Source: Mobula hypostoma (lineage: Eukaryota). Taken from it: a stretch of DNA of 64,000 nt. Positions 53,038 through 64,000 of the stretch are shown piece after piece. The stretch lies in the NCBI RefSeq assembly GCF_963921235.1, contig NC_086109.1, positions 32,552,001 to 32,616,000 of the forward strand, in the 5' to 3' direction. A program made the position numbers and the translations under genes. Numbering within the stretch: the stretch's first letter is position 1; the number at the start of each line of letters is the position of its first letter. The notes below the pieces were generated by a model that ran no database searches, was not told the DNA's origin, and saw only the letters and a program-made list of their open reading frames with translations.

Positions 53038-53201
53038 AAACACTAGAGATTCTGCAGATGCTGGAAATCCAGAGCAGCACACACAAAATGCTGGAGGAAC
53101 TCAGCTGGTCAGGCAGCATCTATGGAGAGGAATAAACAGTCAATATTTCAGGCTGAGACCCTATTTATTCCTCTCCATAGCTGCCGCCAGATCTGCTGAA
53201 T
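53038..53201. mobile_element. Penelope pLTR fragment with internal inversion
   Basis: Minus pLTR end followed by an inverted copy; flanking 13-bp direct repeat TCTGCCAACAGAT. Confidence 0.75.
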
Positions 53202-53755
53202 TCTGCCAACAGATTATCAGGTCTTAACTTAGTTGGAGACTTTGCACAACTTGCAGCAACACTTGTCTATGTGACTATGTTTTCCCTTTAAAAGTAATGC
53301 ACTGCTAGAGAACACAAAAAGCAAGGTAAATGTTTGACATACTGCATTTCCCGGCTCCTTCATTTGGGGTCGACAGGAATCAAGACTGGCTTGGGAGGTC
53401 TTGCAGTGAATAACACTGGGTCACACCAATATTTTATATTTACACTTTGTTTCAATAAATTAATATTAATTCTTAGTTATTAGTGATGTTAATTAAATGC
53501 AAGTTAAACAACTTTCATAAACAGAATTGAGCTAATGTGATTAAAGTTATTACTAAATCTTCCATCTATATAAATTATTTTAACTAATTCAAGATTCAAA
53601 AAACTTCATTGTCATTCTAACCATACATCAGCTCTGCAGGGCAGAATGAGACAGCATTTCCCAGAAGCAGTGCAATCTATAGTAACCAACGTTCAGTGGT
53701 AACATGTGGGTAACAAAGGTTCCCTATCTCTGCTTAACACTAGTTCTTCATACAG

Positions 53756-53924
53756 GATACGCCTGGAGTGGTAACAGGGAAGCAGAATTGGGGTTCAAGA
53801 AAGCTAATGTAACTCAGCCTGATGGAAAGACTGAGCTCATTAGACCCCAGAAGCTCAATAATCCTGTGAAGGATTCCAAGAGTTATCGCGCTCTGCATCG
53901 TGAACTGGTGTTAAGTCACAAGAG
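53756..53924 (+). CDS. FAM107: FAM107-family gene exon (DUF1151 N-terminal part)
   Basis: ttcttcatacag| ... AAGAG|gtgagt; (G)YAWSGNREAELGFKKANVTQPDGKTELIRPQKLNNPVKDSKSYRALHRELVLSHK(R); ELIRPQKL.NPVK.S...LHREL is the FAM107 signature. Confidence 0.93.
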
Positions 53925-54077
53925 GTGAGTCCTGCTTCCTAGATGATTTTGAAAATAATTTCATAGGAAGTTTATTTCTGTTCTGTGATTGTCTTCCTGT
54001 TAAGCAAAGTAATTGCCTTTGGTCCTTGCCACAGTTTGCACAAGTGCCTCAGATACGGTTATCAGTAGATTTGACAC

Positions 54078-54552
54078 TGTTGTGTGAACAAAGTCACTGG
54101 AGAAACACAGTTGGTAGGTATGAAAAGTAGTCTTTTATTTGATACAGACACTCACAAATAAACTGACAGCCTTTTGGAGTCACGAGAGAGAGTGTGTGTG
54201 ACAGAGAGAGACCCCTTTCAGAGCAAGAGGTCTGCTTGACCCAACACTACAGCACATTTTATATGCTAATTGTCAAAGTTCAGGACAATTCCAAATTTAC
54301 AATGTTTCCTTTGAACTACATACCACCTTTACACTTCCCTCTTCGCACCCATACAATAGACACAAATAGCAAATTTAAATTTGCGATGTCTGGTCTTTCA
54401 ATTATCTGCGGTGTTTTCCATTAACTTGGATCACAGTTTTTAGGAGCCTATTGTTCTTAGCTGCATTTTAGATTTAATCCACAGTTATTTGCTATATGTG
54501 CTAATCCCCAAAAAACCTCCAATAAATGATAAATCAGGCAATACTATTAACA
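54078..54552 (-). mobile_element. Possible solo LTR
   Basis: TGTT...AACA termini and a minus-strand AATAAA near 54134; no TSD recognised. Confidence 0.3.
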
Positions 54553-54890
54553 GTGAGAAGAAGAGGACTTCACACAAGAAGTAAGTAAAAAATTCAGAAT
54601 TTGAATTTCATTGGCAAACAAATTTTCATGAAGCAAACTTCAAAATGTGTAGAAGAAGGATAAATACTAAATTCATCTGGGTGGGGGTGCAAAGGGGACA
54701 TTCATAAGTCACTTAATGTGGAGATGTAGGCTATACAATCGTAGGGAAGGAAAACTAACCACTATTTGAAGAAGCGAACGGCTATCGTTGTAGCGGCCAT
54801 TGTCGGAGTGGACTGAGTCAGAGTGGAACGGCTTTGGCTCAACAGGCTTCAGCATAAACAGGCAGAGGCGAGGGTAGGTTCTGAATTTTA

Positions 54891-57800
54891 GTCCTGAGTA
54901 TGACTCTAAACTGCAACCGTTGATGAGGCTCTGACTGGGGACTTTCAGAGCTTTGGGGAAAGTGGCCCTTAGTCATTCATTGCTCCCAGGGCCGCTCTGA
55001 CCCAGAATGGTAGCACCTGCAAGGGTTCCTGCTCAGGATACGAGCGAAGGCCAACGGCAGATCCGGCAGGTTCAGTAACTGAACTTATGATGGAGAAGGT
55101 GGATGAGCTATGACTTCAAATGTTAACGGCTATAGTATAGGTGGATGAACATTTGGGAAAAGAAATGGCGATTTCTTTAGTTCGCCCAATGGTAGGCAAT
55201 AGCAAACCACCATTGCTATTTGCTAAGAAAACCATGGTCAAACTCACAAAATGTATCACACAACAACAGTGTCAGGAGGATCTTCAAGACAACTCCGAGG
55301 ATGCTTCGCTCGGTAGGGTTGATTCTGGCCAGCAGGGGATCCCTGACCGTCATCAAGCTACTGGTCATAAAACTCATGTAACCCACGAAAAAAATTATTG
55401 CCACTTGGAATGTAAGAACCCTATATCAAGCAAGAAGATTGGACAATGTGACAAATGAAATGGAAAGACTAAAGATTAACATCATAGGAATTAGCGAAGT
55501 TCATTGGATAGGTGCTGGAACATGTCAGATTAGGAATAAAACACTAGTTTATTCTTGTGGAACATCCCATACTAATGGAATAGGAGTTCTAATGGATGAA
55601 AACATGGCAAAAAGTGTTTTAGGACATTGGGCAATATCGGAAAAAGTGCTCCTTGTTAGATTCAGAGGACAACCATTTGACTTAGCAATTATACAGATAT
55701 ATGCACCAAAAACAGATGGAACAAATGAAGATATAGATAAATTCTATGAAGAGCTTGAAAAAGCAAAGAATGGATGCAAATCTCAAGATATTATTATTGT
55801 CATGGGAGATCTAATTACTAAAGTAGGACAAGGTGCTGATGGAAATAGCATAGGAAAATTTGGACTAGGGGAAAGAAATGAAAGAGGTGAGAAATGGGTA
55901 GAATGGTGCAAGATGAATAATCAGGTCATTATGAATACCTACTTTAAAAACCATCCAAGTCGCTTGTGGACCTGCAAAAAGTGCAGGTGATAACACTAGA
56001 AATCAAATTGACTTTATTACTATAAACCAAAGATTTAGAAACTCAGTGACTCAAAGCAAAACATATCCATGTGCAGACTGTAATAGTGACCATAATCCAG
56101 TAGTATGTCATGTAAAAGTAAAACTTAAAAAAGTAAAGAAGCAAAAACCAGAACAATCCCTTGACTACTTGAAATTAATTAAAAAAGAAAACTTAAGACA
56201 AAAATTTACATTTGAAGTAAGGAATAGATTTCAAAGTCGAGAAATAGCATCTGTTGAAGGTGCTAGCAATCATGTAGAAATGAAATTTAACTCTCTAAAG
56301 GATGCCTTGGTAGAATCAGCAAAGTTAGTGATTCCTAAAAAGGAAAAAAGCACAAAGAATAAATGGATGATAGATGAAATCAAAAATCTAATGGAAGAAA
56401 GGAGACAGAAGAAAGCAAATCCTATAGAATATAAATCCTTAGATTAAAATGTTAAAAGTTTATGTCAAAAAGCCAAAGAAGAATGGTTAAACTAGGAATG
56501 TGAGCAAATAGAAAGAATCCCTATTACTGATCCAAAAAGGTCACATCAACAAATCAAGAATATCACTGGTAAAAAGCTCCTCTGTTCTTCAGTTGGATGT
56601 TTAAAAGCAAAGGATGGTACCATTATCATGGAAAAAGATGAGATTATGAACAGATGGACTGAGTATATTCAAGAATTGTTTGAAGATGATCGAGGCGAAA
56701 AACGAGAAATTAAGAAAAACATTGAAGGTCCAAGTATTTTAAAATCTGAAGTTCGTAATGCAATAAATAAGATGAAGAAAAGAAAGGCAGCAGATCCTGA
56801 TGAATTAGCGATAGAACAAATTATTGCCCTTGAAGATTATGGAATTGAAAAACTTACTGATTTAATCAATGAAATTTATGGGACTGGAATAATACTAGAA
56901 GAGGTGAAAAAACCAGTATTTATCACTCTTCCTAAGAAAGCTGGAACAATAGAATGTGAATTACATAGGACCATAAGTTTAATGAGCCATATCACCAAGA
57001 TTCTTCTAAGAATTTTGATGACAAAAGCTAAAAGTAAGGCACAAGCTGATATAGGCAAAGAACAATGTGGTTTTGTGAAAGACAAAGGTACAAGAAATGC
57101 AATATTGATGTTAAGGATACTATCAGAACGAGCTATTCAAGTGCAAAAGATTTGTTTATTTTATCGACTACACAAAAGCATTTGATAAAGTGAACCACAA
57201 TAAGTTATTTGAACTATTACAGGAAACTAGATCTAGATTCGAAAGACCTCCGCCTAATCAGAAATCTGTACTGGAAACAAACTGCCGCTATAAGAATAGA
57301 TTTTCAGTTTACAAAAATAAAGAGAGGCGTTAGACAAGGGTGTGTTTTCTCCCCTGATTTATTTAATGTGTACAGTGAAACAATATTACAAAAAATAAGA
57401 GACATCTTGGGAATCAAAGTTGGTGGTGAAAACATCAATAATTTCAGATATGCATTTTTGCAAGTACGGAGGAAGAACTGAAAAACTTAATTGATATAAT
57501 TGTTGAAGAAAGTGCAAAAATGGGACTATCTATCAATTGCAAAAAGACAGAATGTATGGTGATATCCAAAAAGAAGGAGGATCCTATATGCAGGCTGAGA
57601 ATAAATTGGGAAGACATAAAACAAGTACAGAACTATTGCTACTTAGGAAGCTGGGTGACATCAGATGGCAGATGTGACTTGGACATCAAAAGAAAAATAG
57701 AGATGGCAAAAGACACCTTTACAAGAATGAAGAGTATACTGACCAATACTAAACTAGGTATGACAACCCACCTCAGAGTACTGAAATGTTACGTTTATCC

Positions 57801-58232
57801 AGTTATGTTATATGGCTCAGAATGTTGGACAATAGCTAGTAACATGTGGAAACGAATTGTAGCAGCAGAGATGTGGTTTTTGAGGAGGATGCAAAGAATA
57901 TCATGGACGAAATGAATATCTAATGAGGATGTCATGAACAGAGCAAACACAAAAAGAGAAATAATGTATGAGATCATGAAAAGGCAATGTAACTTCATTG
58001 GACATGTGATTAGGAAAGAGGAGTTAGAATGCACGGTAATTATGGGAAAGATTGAAGGGAAGAAAGCAAGAGGAAGACAAAGACAAATGATGATGGAAAC
58101 AGCAGCCAGAGAACTGGAAATGAATACCAATGAATTGATCCACTTGACCCGAAACAGGAGTATGTGGGCCATGGCAGTCAAAGCTCAAACTAGGCATGGC
58201 ACCTGATCATGATGATGATGATGATGATGATG
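54891..58232 (+). mobile_element. Near-full-length RTE-clade (BovB-like) LINE, disrupted by stops and frameshifts
   Basis: APE (ATWNVRTL, IIGISEV, IQIYAP, MGDL, NSDHNPV), RT (RTISLMSHITKILL, GVRQGCVFSPDLFNVYSE), LYGSECWT C-terminus, (GAT)n tail 58209-58232. Confidence 0.95.
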
Positions 58233-58587
58233 TTGATTTGCAGAAAATAAAACTAGGAAATTTGTGTTAAATTTGGCTGGGTCAGTGATGCAGTTCTGTG
58301 AAAGGGTTCTAACTTGTACATTATAAAAAGTATAGAAAGTCAATAAATACAGACATCTGAGAGATTAGAAACATTGGAAAGATTGAAGAGGTCTTATACT
58401 TTCTTTTGAAAGGAACTGGTTGAGGAGTGATGTAACAAAAAGCCTTTTATGATGCGGAACCTGGAAGTAATATTTCCATCTGTGGTGTGGGCTAAAACCA
58501 GAGGCTATAAATATTTATGAATAAATTATGTGGAGAATTGAGAAAAAGTTTCTGATCAAAGAATGGTCGGAATATACAATAAAAACA

Positions 58588-61033
58588 CCAATCTCCTTAC
58601 TTGGTATTGACACTAAAATCCTATCCAAAGTTTTGGCTCGTAGGATTGAAAATATTTTACCATCTATCATTTCTGACGATCAGACTGGATTTATTAAAAA
58701 TCGATATTCCCACTTTAATATTAGTCACTTATTAAATGTTATTTATTCTCTTTCTAAAGAGATATGGAATGCATGATATCCTTAGGTGCTAAGAAAGCTT
58801 TTGATTAGGTTGAATGGAATTATTTATTTAAAACCTTAGAAAAATTTAATTTTGGGCCAATTTTATTCAATGGATTAAATTACTTTATTTATCTCCCTCT
58901 ACTCGGGTTCTTACTAACTCTCAGAATTCCAAGCCATTTAAACTTCAACGTGGAACTAGACAAGGTTGTCCTTTGAGCCCTTTGCTTTTTGATCTGGCCT
59001 TAGAACCCTTAGCTATTGCTTTTCGAGGATCTAATGATATCACTGGTATTTTAAGGAGGGGTATTATTCACAAAGTTTCGCATTATGCTGATGACATATT
59101 GCTTTATGTTTCTAATGTTGAGACTTCATTACCTTCCGTACTTTCCTTACTCTCCTGTTTTGGTCAGTTCTCAGGACATAAAAAAAAATTTCATAAGAGT
59201 GAACTTTTTCCTTTGAATAATTTGGTATCAATTAATACTAACCTTCCTTTTAAAATTGTAAGAAATCAATTTACTTATTTGGGTGTAACAATTACTAAGA
59301 ATTATAAATATTTAATTAAAGCAAATTTTTTTACCCTACTGAATTATGTAAAAAGGGCGCTATCAAAGTGGTTGCCCCCTTTCATTATTGTTGATTGGCC
59401 GAATTAATTCTATTAAAATGAATATCTTGCCTAAATTTTTATACCCTTTTCAGGCCTTACACGTTTTTATTCCTAAATCCTTTTTTGATTCTCTTGATTC
59501 TATCATATCTTCATATATATGAAGAAATGAACTTTCTTGACCAAATAAAGTTTGTCTTCAAAAAGCTAAAAAGAATGGAGGTTTAGCTTTACCAGATTTT
59601 AGGTTTTATTCCTGGGCAGTCAATATACGGAGCCTCACATTTTGGTCATATTATATTAACCGAGAGGACTGTCCGGTTTGGGTTTCTTTAGAAGCTAACT
59701 CTGTTAATAAATTTTTCTATCATCTCACTTCTCAGATCCTCAATTCCTTTAATTTTAAGTAAACTAACTGATAGTTTTGTAGTTAAACATACTTTGAGGA
59801 TTTGGGTACAATTTAGAAAATATTTTGGTTTATTGAGATTTTCTCTTTGAAATCCATTTTTTCTAACTATTTTTTAAACCTTCTATGACTGATTTAGTTT
59901 TCAAAGATTAGGATAGACTGGGTATTAAATGCTTCCAGGATTTGTTTATTGGAGGAAGTCTCTTTTCATTTGAGCAGTAGTCAACTAAATATAGCTTACC
60001 AAAACCCACTTTTTTCAATATTTACAAATTAGAGACTTTCTGCAATCTCAATTACATACATTTCCTAACAGTCCCGATAAGAATTTATTAGATGTAATTT
60101 TTAATTTAAAACTTTTTCATAATGGATCAATATCTAATATTTATGGTATGTTGTTGGGAATGAGAAACACTCCTTTAGACAAAATTAAAAATCTCTGGGA
60201 ACAAGACTTACAGACTTCAATTTCTGAGGAAACTTGGAATGAAATTTTTAAATTGGTTAATACCTCATCATTATGTGCCTGTCATTCCCTCTTACAATTT
60301 AAAGTGGTCCATGGGGCCCACATGACTAAAGATAAGCTGTCTCGTTTTTATTCGGATATATCTCCCTGTTGTTACAGATGTGATAATGGAGAAGCTTCAT
60401 TAATTCATATGTTCTAGACATGCCCAAGTCTTGAAAAATATTGGAAGGAAGTATTCCAAACTTTTTCTGTACTTTTCAAAGTAAATTTTAAACCTAACCC
60501 TTTGACTGCTTTATTCGGTATTGTTGGAGGAAAAGATATTATCTTGGAGACACCTGATTTGCACATTTTGGCTTTTATTTCTCTTATAGCTAGGAGGACA
60601 TTGTTGCTTAAGTGGAAGGATGTTGCTCCGCCTATTCATGCTCAATGGTTAAAGGATGTTATGTCATGCTTAAATTTAGGGAAGATTCGTTGTTCAATTT
60701 CTGAATCTAGACAAGACTTTCTAATTTTGTGGGGACCATTTTTGAATTATTTTCAAAATTTTTGATTTGTTATTATGTACAGATGTTGGCTAATAATACG
60801 TTTTACTACATGATAAGGATTTTTTTCCTTTTTTCTTTCTTTACCAAACAGCTTTTCTTGGTAGTGGGTTTAGATTTTTTTTGTATGAATAAGATTATTA
60901 CTTTTCAATACTACGATTCAATTTAATGAGACAATAAGTGTGATTTAAATATATTGTAATTGATATATACTATATATCCTCCTGTACTCTGTATTCTTTT
61001 ATTAAGAAATCAATAAAAATATTGAAAAGAAAA
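58588..61033 (+). mobile_element. 5'-truncated L1-clade LINE
   Basis: PISLLGIDTKILSK, DQTGFIKNR, GTRQGCPLSPLLF, YADD, C-terminal CxxC...H; AATAAA + A-rich tail; 19-bp TSD. Confidence 0.95.
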
Positions 61034-61849
61034 GGAATATACAATAAAAACAGAAAATGCTAGAGATTCTTCGCAGGTTGGGCTGTAACTGGAAAGCAAA
61101 AGAGTTAACATTTTAAGTTCAAGGCACTTTATGAGTCATGAAACATTAATTGTTTCTTCTGCTTTTGCTGCTTGTTGTGTATTTAATAGTTCAATAATAG
61201 CTGAGTTATCTTATATACATTTTGGTTTCACAGCCACAAGTTTCACTTGCCAAGCAGAGTGATCCTCCTTGTCAGGAAAAACGTTATTCCACAGGAATAA
61301 GACATCTTCCACAGCGATTAAATTTTTAGACCTGAATGCAACAATTGAAAATGTGCTCTGCTGTGACCTGCTGAGGCTTTTCCAGCACTCTTGTTTTTAT
61401 TTCAGATTTCCAGAATCTGCAGCATGAGTTTCGTTTACTGTAGTGGGGTCCGAAAGGCATGTTCTGCTGTTGTACTGGCCTAATATACAATGTGCAAAGT
61501 TGAGGCAAAATGTATGGATGCTTTGAATAGAAAGTCAGAAAAGAACAAGCAGGAGAAAGTATTTGCTGATAAGGTTGGTTGTAGAGAGGATACAGTAGGC
61601 AGGTGTGGAGCATAAACACAAAGAGGACTAATTGGTGCCGAAATGGAGAGATCAATTGGATTAATGTGACAGTTAGAAACAGATTTTCTGCTCCTTCGTC
61701 TCTGTTATGTATTGTGAATAGCAGGGCTGTGGGACGTGCTCGTTAGGTGAGGATATACAAGAAGAAGGAATGGTACTGAGTCAAAATCACAAATAGGTAA
61801 CTGGCAGAAAGAAAGAGCAAGTTACTGTAATATTGGGGAATACAGTACT

Positions 61850-62340
61850 ATGTCTGGAAGTCTGTAATGTGCTCAGACAAAAGACGAGGTGCCGTCTCTC
61901 AGGCTAGTGTGTTGTGCCTCTTTGTGACGTTGCAGGTGGCTGCTGGCACAAAGGTGAGAGTGGGGGCGGGATGGAGAATTAAAGTGCCAGGCTTAGAGCG
62001 ACTCCAGCAGACTAAATTCAGGTGCTCTGCAAAGTTATCAGCCAAGCTGCATTTTGTTTTTCCGCTCCAGAGGAGACCACATTGTCAACAGGAAATGCAG
62101 TACTCTGGATTGAAAGAAGCACAGGTGAATCTCTGCTTCACCTGGAATGATCTGGATGGTGGGAAGGGAAGAAGTGAAAGGACAGGTGTAGCATTTCCTG
62201 GCTCCCATGGGAACGTATGGTAAGGTGAGGAGTCGCTGGTGGGAACTGAAGAGCCAACAACAGAGCAGTGAAAGGAAGGGGTAGAGGAATATATGTCTGG
62301 TGGGTGGAGTTTTGTTGGAGCTGGCAGGCATTGTGAAAGA
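61850..62340 (-). mobile_element. Old Penelope GIY-YIG fragment
   Basis: RKCYTCPFTSSLPTIQ and related remnants matching 39950-40150. Confidence 0.7.
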
Positions 62341-62933
62341 TGTCTTGGTTAGATATTTGTTAATCCTCGTTCTTGGCGAGAAGATGCACTAGGAGCCTCT
62401 TATAAATAATGGAGTAGATTTTCCACAACCCTGAGAATCTTGGCCACCTGCCTATGGATTTAACGTTTGATTTTCATTTAATAGCTAAAGAATAAGGACC
62501 AAAGAAATTCAAAAAGCACTCTTCTTGAATGGCCCCACATGTACCCTTCTGCTGGGAGCTGGCTCCCAGACCCAGTGCGGCATAGGGCAACGCAGGGCTT
62601 CTACTGGAGGAAGTGGCCAGCTGCGCCCACAGATGGCAATACTCTACGCGAGGCTTACTCACTGTGAAACTGAATGTTACTGTCCTTGATTCCTGAGAAA
62701 CAGAGAAAAATAATGGTAGAGTGTGGTTTTGTTACTGATGGAATAAACAATCTATGGACTTTATGTTATTGTTCAACGTTTAAATGTCCTTTAAATATAG
62801 AAGTATGCAATGTTACCGTGTAACTTAATGTTCACCTGAGAAAAACTGAACTTAGACTTAAAGAGTCCACTGAAGCAAAGCACTTTGGAAGTTTCTATAT
62901 AAAACAGATTAACATTTTTATACTCCTCCTCAG

Positions 62934-63078
62934 AGGCTTTGCACTTCCGAGAAAACCTGAACTCCAACGGGTAATGGAACAAAGAAAATATAATTTATTA
63001 AGGGAACAGGAAAAAGCCCAGAGACCCAAAACAGACTTTGAACAAGAACTTAATAAGTGGCACCAGAAACTAGAGCAG
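62934..63078 (+). CDS. FAM107: FAM107-family gene exon (coiled-coil); gene continues past window end
   Basis: tactcctcctcag| ... GAGCAG|gtatgt; (R)GFALPRKPELQRVMEQRKYNLLREQEKAQRPKTDFEQELNKWHQKLEQ; phase 2 matches the previous exon. Confidence 0.93.
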
Positions 63079-64000
63079 GTATGTTTGGACCCTTTGTATC
63101 ATTTTGCTAAATTTAATATCAATAATCTAGTATCAATTATTCAAAATTTCGAGAGTAATGCATTCAAGTACAATTACTGATAAAGCACAGGTGTGCTGTA
63201 GCTACATATGTCTATACATTTATAGAGATTTGGTAAAAAATTGGCAGCATTCCCAACCACACAGTAAAATAAATGTGTTTCTCAAGTGTATGCTTAACCA
63301 TCTGAATCTTTCACTAAGCAATTATTAAATAATCAAAGGAAATCTATTTGCATGTGTATTGCATTGCTTTTTACCAACAAGCGTACAAAATAAACACAAA
63401 GAAACAAGTTTCCACTTGTTTCCATAGTATTAATACCATTTAATGGAAGTGTCCAAATCAACAACAACAATCATTCAATCTCAGTGAACTGCAACAAAGA
63501 TTTCTTCAAGCTCATGTTTTGTGTGTCCATTTAACATTGGCCCTTTATTACTCTTCCCTACATTTTAATCCCTTGATCCCAGGCTTGCCATATTCAAAGG
63601 GGCAATCTACGTTTAGATTGATAATAATCTGCCCTGTATTAAATCTGTATTCGGCAAAAATATTTCTATGCATACAGGAAGATCAAGAATTGCCGAGGGC
63701 CTGCAAATGTAAATGAGTGGTTCTAATTATTTTTGTCAACAACTGGGTGGTGGGGGTTGGGAGAGGAAGGGTGGAGTAAAGTTCTAAGAAAACTGTCTTT
63801 TATTTTTGAAATGTTGTATGTCAATGATCCGCCCCTCACAAAATGGATGCCCCAGACCAAAATCATGGGATATAGCAGTTGTACTGAACCAGGAAGGCTC
63901 CTCAAATTCAATTCATTTTCTTTGCCATGTGAAGTTACTGTTAAGAAAAGTAATTCTGTAGAAATCTGAGATGCAGTGATAATCTAATATATATAATGTG

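Noticed and set aside
54921..54961. Hammerhead in the RTE leader (TGATGA-stem...GAAA)
   Set aside because: First core base is U rather than C, and extra nucleotides separate the stem from GAAA
1..64000. CRISPR arrays, prokaryotic operons or intact autonomous TE ORFs
   Set aside because: Eukaryotic intron-exon DNA; no regularly spaced repeat-spacer array; every RT or transposase seen has stops, frameshifts or truncations

Overview
Vertebrate nuclear DNA, AT-rich and dominated by decayed transposable elements. The repeat content (CR1, Rex/Babar-like, Penelope, V-SINE-like) suggests a cartilaginous fish, probably a ray (inference). Nearly all ORFs in the supplied track are TE fragments or spurious. 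Two spliced host genes were found by reading splice sites; they diverge from either side of a CpG island at ~22.6-23.15 kb. (1) A complete TMEM167B (kish-B) on the minus strand: 3 coding exons, 74 aa. (2) A FAM107-family gene on the plus strand: 4 predicted coding exons, 125 aa in the window, predicted myristoylatable MGGSQGKK start, last exon beyond the window. TEs include a SCAN-bearing Gmr1-like Gypsy, two other Gypsy relics, a triple-nested insertion, a near-full-length RTE, an L1 with a 19-bp TSD, a Hero-type RLE fragment, hAT and Tc1 non-autonomous elements, SINEs and many CR1/Rex-Babar pieces. The Penelope repeats carry minimal type I hammerhead-ribozyme motifs. Two sense copies bracket a 37-nt, frame-switching FAM107 micro-exon; this is the most intriguing but speculative observation. 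No CRISPR, rRNA or bona fide tRNA gene was seen. TE boundaries are approximate unless a TSD or TIR is quoted.
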